Shown here in pieces: positions 1-9,084 of a DNA stretch of 64,000 nucleotides (position 1 is its first letter; every line of letters begins with the position of its first letter). The translations under genes and the position numbers were made by a program. Below the pieces are notes generated by a model. It ran no database searches. It was given only the letters and a program-made list of their open reading frames with translations, and was not told the origin of the DNA. The stretch is from Marinoscillum sp. (lineage in GTDB: Bacteria > Bacteroidota > Bacteroidia > Cytophagales > MED-G16), in assembly GCA_042095375.1 (NCBI GenBank), contig JBELBJ010000001.1, positions 44,945 to 108,944 of the forward strand, given 5' to 3'.

Positions 1-67
1 TAGCTTTCATAGCAGCAACGTAGTGATCTGTGTATCCAAAATCAGAAATAATAGTAATTATTGACAT
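1..67 (-). CDS. SAM hydroxide adenosyltransferase (DUF62) family protein, N-terminal 22 codons only; the gene runs off the window start
   Basis: Minus-strand ATG at 65-67. The translation MSIITIISDFGYTDHYVAAMKA resembles the conserved DUF62 N-terminus (TDFG..D.YV..MK). Only a fragment is visible. Confidence 0.5.
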   Translation of the reverse strand, partial: MSIITIISDFGYTDHYVAAMKA

Positions 68-140
68 ATAAAATATTGAAATTACTTAATTTGCATTTCA
101 AAAATAAACTATTAAAATAATAAATTGTTAAATTAAAGTA

Positions 141-1058
141 TTGGTTGAAAAAACAATTAGTTTAGATAAAATTGATCTTGTTGAGTTCTTAGGTGTTGAA
201 AACAAAAATTTCATATATTTAGAATCTATATTTCCTAATTCAAAAATATTATCTAGAGGAAATAAAATAGTAATTAAAGGAAATAATTCTGAAACCGTCA
301 AAATTCAAAAGTTGATTCTATCACTAATAAAAAAATATGAAATTTATGGTAGTATAAATGAAGAAGACATCAATTCTATCCATAAAAATGGAAAAATTAA
401 TGATGAAAAAAAATTACTTTATTATGGTTCAAAAGGAAAAAGAATTAATGCGCTAAGTAAAAATCAAAATAAATTTGTTGATTCTTGCGCACACAATGAT
501 ATTGTTTTTGTTATAGGACCAGCAGGGACTGGTAAAACATTTTTAAGTGTAGTATTAGCTGTAAAAGCATTAAAAGAAAAAATAATTGAAAAAATTGTGA
601 TAACTAGACCTGTAGTTGAAGCTGGCGAGAATTTAGGTTTTCTTCCAGGTGACCTACAAGATAAAATTAATCCATATTTAAGGCCTATTTATGATTCATT
701 GGATGAAATATTACCAAAAAAGAAAATAAAACAATTTATTGATAATGGTATAATAGAAATTGTTCCTCTTGCATATATGAGAGGTAGAACGTTGAAGAAT
801 TCTTACATCTTATTGGATGAAGCTCAAAATACTGTATCATCTCAAATAAAAATGTTTTTAACTAGAATGGGTAAAAATTCAAAGATGATCATCACAGGAG
901 ATATTACTCAAATTGATTTAAAATCAAGAAAAGAATCTGGATTAGTAGATGCAATAAAGAGATTCAATAATACTGAAGGAATTGGAATTGTTCAACTAAA
1001 AGAACAAGATGTATTAAGGCATAAACTTGTGAAAAAGATATTATCTAAATATAATTAA
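141..1058 (+). CDS. phoH: PhoH family ATPase
   Basis: 305-aa ORF with Walker A GPAGTGKT, Walker B LLDEAQN and the PhoH block ITGDITQIDL. A TTG start is forced: there is an in-frame TAA at 129-131 and no in-frame ATG before the P-loop. Confidence 0.9.
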   Translation: MVEKTISLDKIDLVEFLGVENKNFIYLESIFPNSKILSRGNKIVIKGNNSETVKIQKLILSLIKKYEIYGSINEEDINSIHKNGKINDEKKLLYYGSKGKRINALSKNQNKFVDSCAHNDIVFVIGPAGTGKTFLSVVLAVKALKEKIIEKIVITRPVVEAGENLGFLPGDLQDKINPYLRPIYDSLDEILPKKKIKQFIDNGIIEIVPLAYMRGRTLKNSYILLDEAQNTVSSQIKMFLTRMGKNSKMIITGDITQIDLKSRKESGLVDAIKRFNNTEGIGIVQLKEQDVLRHKLVKKILSKYN

Positions 1059-1074
1059 TCATAAATTTTAGATT

Positions 1075-1728
1075 TTGAAAGACTATATAATATTAGATTT
1101 TGATAGCACTTTCATTAAAATTGAATCACTTGATGAACTTTTAATTACTTTTATTCGTGATAGAGATTCATTAATTAAAATTCAAAATCTTACTAAAATG
1201 GGAATGAATGGAGAAATATCATTTCAAAAATCTCTAACAGAGAGAATCAAGTTTTTAAATACAAATAAAAAAGATTTAGATTTAGTTATAGACACTCTAA
1301 ATAAAAATATTACAGATTCATTTAAAAAAAATAAAAAATTTTTTCAAGAAAATAATGAAAAAATCTTCATAGTCTCTGGAGGTTTTTTTGAACTTATATA
1401 TCCAGTAGTTTCAAAATTTGGAATAAAGAAAAAAAATATTTTTGCTAATAAATTCATTTACGATACAGATGATAAAATAATTGGTATAGATAAAAATAAT
1501 CCTCTAAGTAAAAATAATGGTAAAGTGAAAATCATAAAAAATTTAAAATTAGATGGTAATGTTATTGTTATTGGAGATGGTTATACTGACTATGAAATTA
1601 AAAAATATGGTTATGCAAATAAGTTCTATTTATTTATTGAAAACATAAAAAGAAAAAAAATTTTAGATAAAGGAGATTTTTTATTAAAATCGCTTGATGA
1701 TTTTATAAATAATTATAGCAATGAATAA
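1075..1728 (+). CDS. serB: HAD-IB hydrolase, phosphoserine phosphatase-like
   Basis: 217-aa ORF with HAD motif I DFDST at residues 8-12 and motif IV GDGYTD. It overlaps serA by 8 nt. A TTG (or ATT) start is forced by TAG at 1069-1071. The substrate assignment rests mainly on the serA/serC context. Confidence 0.6.
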   Translation: MKDYIILDFDSTFIKIESLDELLITFIRDRDSLIKIQNLTKMGMNGEISFQKSLTERIKFLNTNKKDLDLVIDTLNKNITDSFKKNKKFFQENNEKIFIVSGGFFELIYPVVSKFGIKKKNIFANKFIYDTDDKIIGIDKNNPLSKNNGKVKIIKNLKLDGNVIVIGDGYTDYEIKKYGYANKFYLFIENIKRKKILDKGDFLLKSLDDFINNYSNE

Positions 1729-2950
1729 AAAACTTTCCTATCCTAAAGAAAAAATCAATGTTCTTCTATTAGAAAATGTAGATGAAATTGCAAAAAAAAA
1801 ATTTATAGAAGAAGGTTATAAGGTTGAGGTGATTTCTTCAAGTCTTAACGAAAAAGAATTAATTGAAAAAATTAAGAATGTATCTATTATTGGAATTAGG
1901 TCTAAAACAATTTTAAATAAAAAAATTTTATCTAGTGCAAAAAGACTTTTAGCTATAGGAGCATTTTGTATAGGAACAAACCAAATCGATTTAGAATTCA
2001 CTAAAAAAAAAGGAATTATAGTTTTCAATGCACCTTATAGTAACACAAGATCAGTTGTAGAAATAGTTATAGGACAAATTATTTTTTTAATTAGGAATAT
2101 TGTTGATAAAAATAATCAAATGCAAAAGGGTATATGGAAAAAAAATTCAAATAATAGTTTTGAAATAAGAAATAAAGTGCTTGGTATTGTTGGTTACGGT
2201 AATATTGGATCGCAACTTTCAACTATAGCTGAATCAATTGGGATGAAAGTAATTTATTACGATAAAAAAGAAAAACTTTCACTTGGAAATGCTAAAAAAT
2301 ATAATTCTCTTAATCAACTAATTAAAGCTTCGAATATAATTTCAATTCATGTTGATGGTAAAAAAGAAAACACAGATCTTATTGACAAAAATGAATTTGA
2401 AATTATGAAGAAAGGAACTATTCTTATTAACTATAGTAGAGGAAATGTTGTTAATATAAATGAATTAAAAAAAAATATCTTATTAGGTAAAATTCATGGA
2501 GCTGCTATAGATGTATTTCCAAAAGAACCAAAAAATAATAATCAAAAATTCTCATCAGTTTTGATTGGTTTACCTAATACAATCTTAACACCACATATAG
2601 GAGGTAGTACAAAAGAAGCACAAAAAAATATTGGAGCATTTGTGCCAAATAAAGTTATAGATTTTATTAACACTGGAGCAACATCAAATTCTGTGAATTT
2701 CCCTTCTTTAGTTTTACCAGAACTTAAAAATGTTCACAGATTTATACACATACATAAAAATATTCCAAATGTCATGTTGAAAATAAATAAAATATTATCA
2801 GAATTTGAAGTAAATATATTAGGCCAATATCTTAAAACTAATGACAAAATTGGATATGTAATAACCGACATAAATAAAAAGTATAATAAAAAAGTAATTA
2901 AAAAATTAAAAGACATAAATGGTACAATTAAACTTAGAGTTTTATATTAA
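1721..2950 (+). CDS. serA: D-3-phosphoglycerate dehydrogenase (E. coli-type, with C-terminal ACT domain)
   Basis: 409 aa, collinear with enterobacterial SerA. It has the NAD fold GIVGYGNIGSQ, LTPHIGGSTKEAQ, and a C-terminal regulatory domain ending GTIKLRVLY. Confidence 0.92.
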   Translation: MNKKLSYPKEKINVLLLENVDEIAKKKFIEEGYKVEVISSSLNEKELIEKIKNVSIIGIRSKTILNKKILSSAKRLLAIGAFCIGTNQIDLEFTKKKGIIVFNAPYSNTRSVVEIVIGQIIFLIRNIVDKNNQMQKGIWKKNSNNSFEIRNKVLGIVGYGNIGSQLSTIAESIGMKVIYYDKKEKLSLGNAKKYNSLNQLIKASNIISIHVDGKKENTDLIDKNEFEIMKKGTILINYSRGNVVNINELKKNILLGKIHGAAIDVFPKEPKNNNQKFSSVLIGLPNTILTPHIGGSTKEAQKNIGAFVPNKVIDFINTGATSNSVNFPSLVLPELKNVHRFIHIHKNIPNVMLKINKILSEFEVNILGQYLKTNDKIGYVITDINKKYNKKVIKKLKDINGTIKLRVLY

Positions 2951-2962
2951 TTTACCAATTAA

Positions 2963-4036
2963 ATGAAAAATAAGATATACTTTACCCCTGGACCATCACA
3001 ACTATATTTTACAGTCGAAGAACACATAAAAAATGCATTAAAAAAAGATATTTTATCAATTTCGCACAGAAGTAAAATATTTAAAATTTTATATCAAGAA
3101 TGCGTTGAAAATATCAAGATATTATTCAATTTGAATAGTAATTACCACATAGCATTTACATCCTCAGCTAATGAAATATGGGAAAGAATTATTCAGAACT
3201 TAATAATAAAGTCATCAATCCACTATGTAAATGGATCATTCTCAAAAAAATTTTTTGATTATACAAAAAAGTATAAGATAAATTCTAAAATAATTGAATC
3301 TTATTATGAACCTTATAACTATAATATTAAATATTCAGATGAAGAATTAATAGCAATTACCTTAAATGAGACAAGTACAGGAATATCATGCCCTAATGAT
3401 AAAATAAAAGAAGCAAGATTAAAATTTAAAAACTCACTAATAGCTCTAGATTGTGTTAGTGGGAGCCCAGCAATACCATTTGAAATAAAAAATGTAGATA
3501 CTTTTTATTTCTCGGTTCAAAAATGTTTTGGGTTACCTTCAGGTTTAGGTGTTTGGGTCTACAATAATCAATGTATTGATAAATGTTTTAAAAAAATTGA
3601 AAAAAAAGAAATTGTAGGATCATATCATTCTTTAGTAAAGCTTAATGAATTAGGTAAAAAAAATCAAACACCAGAAACTCCTAATGTTTTAGGTATCTAT
3701 TTATTAAAAAACGTAATTAATGATATGTTAAAAAAAGGTATTAAAAATATTATTAATGAAACAAATTATAAATCAAAAATTATTGACTATACAATAAAAA
3801 ATCATAATCAAATTTCCCATCTAATTAAAAATGAAAACATCAGATCTAAAACAGTAAAAGTTGCTAAAACAAATAAAATTTCTAATAATTTGATTAAAAA
3901 ATTGATTAAACAAAATCTAATTATAGGAAAAGGATATGGAAAGAACAATTATCAAATAAGAATAGCTAACTTTCCTACTCATTCTAAAGAAAATATAGAA
4001 ATGTTATGTGATATAATATCTAAAACTAATTTTTAA
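2963..4036 (+). CDS. serC: Phosphoserine aminotransferase (class V aminotransferase fold)
   Basis: 357 aa with N-terminal FTPGPS and SHRS motifs typical of SerC. It lies immediately downstream of serA. Confidence 0.75.
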   Translation: MKNKIYFTPGPSQLYFTVEEHIKNALKKDILSISHRSKIFKILYQECVENIKILFNLNSNYHIAFTSSANEIWERIIQNLIIKSSIHYVNGSFSKKFFDYTKKYKINSKIIESYYEPYNYNIKYSDEELIAITLNETSTGISCPNDKIKEARLKFKNSLIALDCVSGSPAIPFEIKNVDTFYFSVQKCFGLPSGLGVWVYNNQCIDKCFKKIEKKEIVGSYHSLVKLNELGKKNQTPETPNVLGIYLLKNVINDMLKKGIKNIINETNYKSKIIDYTIKNHNQISHLIKNENIRSKTVKVAKTNKISNNLIKKLIKQNLIIGKGYGKNNYQIRIANFPTHSKENIEMLCDIISKTNF

Positions 4037-4041
4037 AAGAG

Positions 4042-4818
4042 ATGGAAAAATTTTCGATAGTAACTGGAGGTGCTAGTGGATTAGGTTTCGAATTTGTAAA
4101 ATTATTACTTATTGATAAGTATAATGTTGTTATTATTGATAATGATAAAAAAGAATTGAATAATATAAAATCAAAGATTGATTTGAAACATAATAGAAAA
4201 ATTATTCTTATGCATAAAAATCTTTCAAATCCTGATTCATCAATAGAAATTTTTAAGGAGTTAAAAAATAAAAATGTTGAAATACTAATTAATAATGCTG
4301 GATTTGGATTATTTGGAAAGTTTAAGGATACAAATTGGGAAATTGAAAGAAATATGATAATGGTTCACGTTATGTGCACAACTGAATTGACAAAACTTTT
4401 TTTAAATAATATGATTAAGAAAAAAAAAGGAAAAATTTTAAATATGGCCTCTCTTGCTGCTTTTCAACCTGGACCTTTAATGTCAATTTATTATTCAACA
4501 AAGGCTTTTATACTTCATTTTTCAGAATCCATTTCTAATGAATTAAAAGGAAGTGGGGTATCTGTCACAGTATTATGTCCTGGCCAAACAAAAACAAATT
4601 TTCAAAAAAAAGTATCTAGTAAAGAAAAAAAAATAAATTTTAATTTTTCAACAGCAGAAGAAGTGGCAAAATATGGATATGAGGCTATGATGAACGGAAA
4701 AACAATTGCAATTCCTGGAATAATTAATAAAATTTTATCGACGATTCATAGATTTATTCCAAGATCACTTACAACAAAATTGATGAGAAAAATTCAAGAA
4801 AAAAACAGAAATTCTTAA
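4042..4818 (+). CDS. Short-chain dehydrogenase/reductase (SDR) family oxidoreductase
   Basis: 258 aa with the TGGASGLG cofactor motif, NNAG, and catalytic YYSTK (YxxxK). It starts 5 nt after serC. Confidence 0.85.
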   Translation: MEKFSIVTGGASGLGFEFVKLLLIDKYNVVIIDNDKKELNNIKSKIDLKHNRKIILMHKNLSNPDSSIEIFKELKNKNVEILINNAGFGLFGKFKDTNWEIERNMIMVHVMCTTELTKLFLNNMIKKKKGKILNMASLAAFQPGPLMSIYYSTKAFILHFSESISNELKGSGVSVTVLCPGQTKTNFQKKVSSKEKKINFNFSTAEEVAKYGYEAMMNGKTIAIPGIINKILSTIHRFIPRSLTTKLMRKIQEKNRNS

Positions 4819-4877
4819 ATAAGAAATTAGCTTATTTACTAAATTTAAGTATTAATCTTAGAATGTTTTTCAAATAA

Positions 4878-6926
4878 ATGAATAATAAAGATCAGATAGT
4901 AAAACAAAAAATTGAAGATTTAAAATCGGAAATAGAATATCATAATAATCTTTATTATAATGAAGACATTAATGAAATTTCAGATTTAGAGTTTGATAAA
5001 AAATTAAGTTGTTTAATTGAACTCGAAAAAAAATATCCTGAATTCAAAACAAATGACTCTCCATCTCAAAGAATTGGAGGTACAATAACAAAAAAATTTG
5101 AAACAAAAAATCATGAAAACCCAATGCTTTCTTTATCAAATACATACTCAGAATCAGAACTGATTGATTTTGATAAAAGAATGAAAAAAAATTTACCAAA
5201 TCAAAAGATAGATTATACATGTGAAATAAAATATGATGGTGTTGCCTTAAGTTTAATTTATGAAAATAGAAAACTAAAGTATGCATTAACTAGAGGTGAT
5301 GGAAAAAAAGGAGATAATATTACTACAAACGCATATACAATTAGATCTATTCCGTTAAAGTTATCATCAATTGCCCCAATTTATTTGGAAGTTAGAGGAG
5401 AAGTATTTATTTCTAAATCAAATTTTAAAAAATTAAATAATTATAAAAAAAATAATAATGATACATTATTTGCTAATGCTAGAAATGCTGCCTCTGGAAG
5501 CTTAAAACTTCAAGATTCCTCTGAAGTTGCTAAAAGAAAATTAGATTGTTTTGTGTACTCATTAAATAGTAAATTTGAATCAGTAAATAATCATAATGAA
5601 GCTCTAAAAACATTAAAAAATTTAAATTTTAATGTCCCTGATTCTTATAAAAAATGTAATAATATTAAGGAGGTTATCTCCTATATAAAATTTTGGGAGA
5701 ATAAAAGAGAAAATCTTGATGTAGAAACTGATGGAATTGTTATTAAGGTTAATAATTTAAATCAACAAAAAGAACTTGGTTTTACAAGTAAAAATCCTAG
5801 GTGGGCAATTGCTTATAAATATAAATCAGAAAGTACTGAAACATCTCTAGAAGATATAACTTATCAAGTAGGAAGAACTGGAGCAATTACACCTGTAGCA
5901 CAACTTAAACCAATTAAGCTAAGTGGTTCAATAATAAGAAAAGCTTCATTACATAATTTCAATGAAATAAAAAGACTCGATTTAAGAATTGGTGACACTA
6001 TAACTATTGAAAAAGGTGGAGAAATTATACCTAAAATAACAGGAGTAAAGATTGATAGGAGATTAAATGAAAGTAAGGCAATCAAATTTATAAGTAAATG
6101 TCCATCTTGTAATTCTCCAATTTCAAAAATAAAGAATGAAGTAAATTATTATTGCAGAAATCATAAGAACTGCTTACCTCAAATTGTAGGTAAAGTCCAA
6201 CATTTTATAGGAAAAGAAGCAATGAATATTGAATTTTTAGGTCCAGAAACAATTAAAGGGTTAATTAATAATAACTTAATCAAAAATATTGCTGACTTAT
6301 ATAAATTAAATTATGATGACCTTTTCGATTTAAAAATAGAATTTAAAAACTCAGAGGGAAAAAGAAAAATCAGAACTTTAAAAGAAAAGTCTTGTCAAAA
6401 TATTTTAAACAGTATTATTAAATCAAAAAACTCCAGTTATTCAAACATTCTTTTTGGTCTTGGAATAAGATATGTAGGAAAATCAACAGCTGAAGTACTC
6501 TCAGAAAACTTTAAGAGTATTGAAAAATTAATTAATGCAAAATATGATGATATTATTCAAATTAGTGAAATTGGAAATAAAATAGCGGAAAGTATTACTG
6601 ATTTTTTCAGTGATAATGATAGCATTTCAATTATTTCTGAACTTGAAAAAAATGGACTTAAATTATATAGTGAAAAAAATATCAATATTAACTCATCAAT
6701 AAAGGATATAAAATTTGTTATCACTGGTACATTTACTGATTATAGTAGAAATGAGTTAAAAAATATTATTAAAAGATATGGGGGTAAAATATCTTCTAGT
6801 ATTTCAAAAAATACTGATTTTTTAATATTAGGGAAAAGTTTTGGATCATCAAAAAAATCAAAAGCAGATAACTTAGGAACAAATATTATCTCCATAAACG
6901 ATTTTAAAAATTTACTATTGCAATGA
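4878..6926 (+). CDS. ligA: NAD-dependent DNA ligase
   Basis: 682 aa with the adenylation motif CEIKYDG, an OB fold, a Cys4 zinc finger (CPSCNS...CRNHKNC), HhH repeats and a C-terminal BRCT domain. Confidence 0.95.
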   Translation: MNNKDQIVKQKIEDLKSEIEYHNNLYYNEDINEISDLEFDKKLSCLIELEKKYPEFKTNDSPSQRIGGTITKKFETKNHENPMLSLSNTYSESELIDFDKRMKKNLPNQKIDYTCEIKYDGVALSLIYENRKLKYALTRGDGKKGDNITTNAYTIRSIPLKLSSIAPIYLEVRGEVFISKSNFKKLNNYKKNNNDTLFANARNAASGSLKLQDSSEVAKRKLDCFVYSLNSKFESVNNHNEALKTLKNLNFNVPDSYKKCNNIKEVISYIKFWENKRENLDVETDGIVIKVNNLNQQKELGFTSKNPRWAIAYKYKSESTETSLEDITYQVGRTGAITPVAQLKPIKLSGSIIRKASLHNFNEIKRLDLRIGDTITIEKGGEIIPKITGVKIDRRLNESKAIKFISKCPSCNSPISKIKNEVNYYCRNHKNCLPQIVGKVQHFIGKEAMNIEFLGPETIKGLINNNLIKNIADLYKLNYDDLFDLKIEFKNSEGKRKIRTLKEKSCQNILNSIIKSKNSSYSNILFGLGIRYVGKSTAEVLSENFKSIEKLINAKYDDIIQISEIGNKIAESITDFFSDNDSISIISELEKNGLKLYSEKNININSSIKDIKFVITGTFTDYSRNELKNIIKRYGGKISSSISKNTDFLILGKSFGSSKKSKADNLGTNIISINDFKNLLLQ

Positions 6927-7423
6927 ATTATTTTTTGAATTTAATAAATTATTTAGAGGCTAAAAAACATAGAATAAATAGAAAATCTATTAGCTATAAA
7001 AAATCTTTATCTATAGCTATAGTTTATTATTATGAATCTGAAATAAAACAAAAATTTGTTAACAAATTTTTAAATAATTTTAAAAAGGATAATAAAAGAA
7101 TAGATTTATTTCCAATAATTGAATTTACTAATGCTGAAAATAGATATTTATATTCTTTTAAAACAAAAGATTTAAGTTTTTGGGGGAAATGGAAAAGTAA
7201 AAATGCAAATAATTTAATTTACCATCCGTATGATTATCTAATTTATATAGATTTAAATCTTAATGAAGAAGTTAAAAATATATTGATTCGATCATTAGCT
7301 AAATGTAGGATAGGATTTAAAAATGAGAAAACACTATTTGATTTTATTATTAAATCAAAAAATGAATTTGATTTAGAATATAGATTGGTTGAGCTAATTA
7401 AATATTTAAAAATGATAAAATAA
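6923..7423 (+). CDS. Hypothetical protein, translationally coupled to ligA
   Basis: 166-aa ORF whose ATG overlaps the ligA TGA (ATGA at 6923-6926). I recognise no motif. It is followed by a terminator hairpin. Confidence 0.5.
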   Translation: MNYFLNLINYLEAKKHRINRKSISYKKSLSIAIVYYYESEIKQKFVNKFLNNFKKDNKRIDLFPIIEFTNAENRYLYSFKTKDLSFWGKWKSKNANNLIYHPYDYLIYIDLNLNEEVKNILIRSLAKCRIGFKNEKTLFDFIIKSKNEFDLEYRLVELIKYLKMIK

Positions 7424-7452
7424 AATAGGGCAGTGATTATCACTACCCTATT
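7424..7452. terminator. Bidirectional intrinsic-terminator-like hairpin between convergent genes
   Basis: AATAGGGCAGTG (7424-7435) pairs with CACTACCCTATT (7441-7452), with one mismatch and a 5-nt loop. It sits exactly between the stop at 7423 (+) and the stop at 7488 (-), flanked by A/T runs on both sides. Confidence 0.6.
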
Positions 7453-7487
7453 AATAAAATTATAATTTAAAATTATAATTTCGTTTC

Positions 7488-7664
7488 TTATGAAGCATTC
7501 TTTTTAGATTGGACTTCCTTTCTTACGTCTTGAGCCCAAATCTTTAAAGCTTGCATTCCTTTTCTTACTCTTGTTCCAGCAGCTTTATTTCCTTTGTCAT
7601 AAAACTTTGAGAAGTCTCCACCGAGACCTTCAACTAAATTAGTTAATTCATCATATCTACCCAT
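7488..7664 (-). CDS. Histone H1/Hc1-like small DNA-binding protein (58 aa; below the ORF-track length cutoff)
   Basis: My own translation of the minus strand is MGRYDELTNLVEGLGGDFSKFYDKGNKAAGTRVRKGMQALKIWAQDVRKEVQSKKNAS, with ATG at 7662-7664 and TAA at 7488-7490. The KGNKAAGTRxRK core and lysine-rich tail match the bacterial histone-H1-like family common in Bacteroidota. Confidence 0.75.
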   Translation of the reverse strand: MGRYDELTNLVEGLGGDFSKFYDKGNKAAGTRVRKGMQALKIWAQDVRKEVQSKKNAS

Positions 7665-7762
7665 AATATATAAATTTAAGTTATTAAAAATTGGTAATTA
7701 TTTAACACAATTTACTCAAAATGTTATTAAAAAAAGAAATAGAAAGGGTTTTTTTAGGTTTT

Positions 7763-9013
7763 TTAAGACAAAATTGAGCCTTTTTGACCCATTTTTTTAT
7801 AAATTCCTGAGTCTAATTGCTTTTTTACTTCTTTAAAAGCAGAAATTGTTAAATCTACATCTTCTAATGTATGAGAGGCTGTGGGAATAATTCTTAACAT
7901 AATTACTCCTTTTGGAACAACAGGATAAATAACACCTGAACAAAAAATTCCATGATTTGATCTTAAATCTTTAATTAAGTTAGTACATTCATATACACCT
8001 CCTTTTAATATAATTGGAGTAACTGGTGATTTAGTAGTTCCAATGTCAAAACCATTATTTTGTAACTCCATTTGAATTTTATCTACTATTTCCCAAAGTT
8101 TAGTTCTAAAACTAGGATTATCTATTAAAAGTTCTAATCTCTTAAGATTTCCTATTACTATAGGCATTGGTAAGGATTTTGCAAAAATTTGTGACCTTAG
8201 TTTATACCTTAAATTATTAATAATATCTTTATTTCCAGATACAAAAGCACCAATACTAGCCATTGATTTAGCAAAAGTTGAAAAATAAAGATCTATATCT
8301 TCTTGTACATTTTGATGTTCTCCAACTCCAGCTCCAGTCTCTCCCATCGTACCAAATCCATGAGCATCATCAACTAATAAACGAAAATCATATTGATTTT
8401 TTAAATTTACAATTTCTGAAAGTTTTCCCATATTACCTAACATACCAAATACTCCCTCAGTAATAACTAAAATACCTCCTTTAGACTCAGAAACAATATT
8501 TTCAGCTCTTTTTAATTGCTTCTCAAGACTATCAATATCATTATGGGAAAATACAAATCTCTTTCCAATATGTAATCTTAGACCATCAATTATACATGCA
8601 TGACAATCTGCATCATAAACTATAACATCATTTCTGTCAACTAAAGAATCAATTATTGATAATACACCTTGATATCCATAATTTAAAAGAATAGAATCTT
8701 CTTTTTTTACAAATAATGATAAATTTTTTTCTAATTTCTCATGATAAATAGAATTTCCAGACATCATTCTTGCACCCATTGGATACCCTAAACCCCATTC
8801 TTTAGATGCTTCTGAATCAACTTTCCTAACCTCAGGATGATTTGCTAACCCCAAATAATTATTTAAACTCCAATTTAATACTTTTTTACCTTTAAATTTC
8901 ATCCAAGGTCCTATATCACCTTCTAATTTTGGAAACATATAATAGTTATCATCCATATCAGAATGAACACCCAAATGACCTTTATTTTCTAAAATTTTTT
9001 TAAATAAGTCCAT
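7763..9013 (-). CDS. Alpha-oxoamine synthase family PLP enzyme (KBL/BioF/Spt-like); candidate serine- or cysteate-fatty-acyl transferase
   Basis: 416 aa with NNYLGLANHPEV, DDAHGFG and the PLP-lysine context STFAKSMAS. The family assignment is firm. The substrate (glycine, alanine, serine or cysteate) cannot be read from the sequence alone. Confidence 0.85.
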   Translation of the reverse strand: MDLFKKILENKGHLGVHSDMDDNYYMFPKLEGDIGPWMKFKGKKVLNWSLNNYLGLANHPEVRKVDSEASKEWGLGYPMGARMMSGNSIYHEKLEKNLSLFVKKEDSILLNYGYQGVLSIIDSLVDRNDVIVYDADCHACIIDGLRLHIGKRFVFSHNDIDSLEKQLKRAENIVSESKGGILVITEGVFGMLGNMGKLSEIVNLKNQYDFRLLVDDAHGFGTMGETGAGVGEHQNVQEDIDLYFSTFAKSMASIGAFVSGNKDIINNLRYKLRSQIFAKSLPMPIVIGNLKRLELLIDNPSFRTKLWEIVDKIQMELQNNGFDIGTTKSPVTPIILKGGVYECTNLIKDLRSNHGIFCSGVIYPVVPKGVIMLRIIPTASHTLEDVDLTISAFKEVKKQLDSGIYKKMGQKGSILS

Positions 9014-9084
9014 ACTAAAACATTAAGACTTCAAATTTACAAATAATATTTTTTTATAGAAAAAATTAAATTATAAAGATTTAA

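Noticed and set aside
4816-4838. A hairpin TAAATAAG-N7-CTTATTTA overlapping the SDR stop codon, and a GCTTT/AAAGC 5-bp hairpin after thyA (11884-11908), as possible terminators.
   Set aside because: The stems are short and almost entirely A:T, with poor or absent U-tails. They are indistinguishable from background in this composition.
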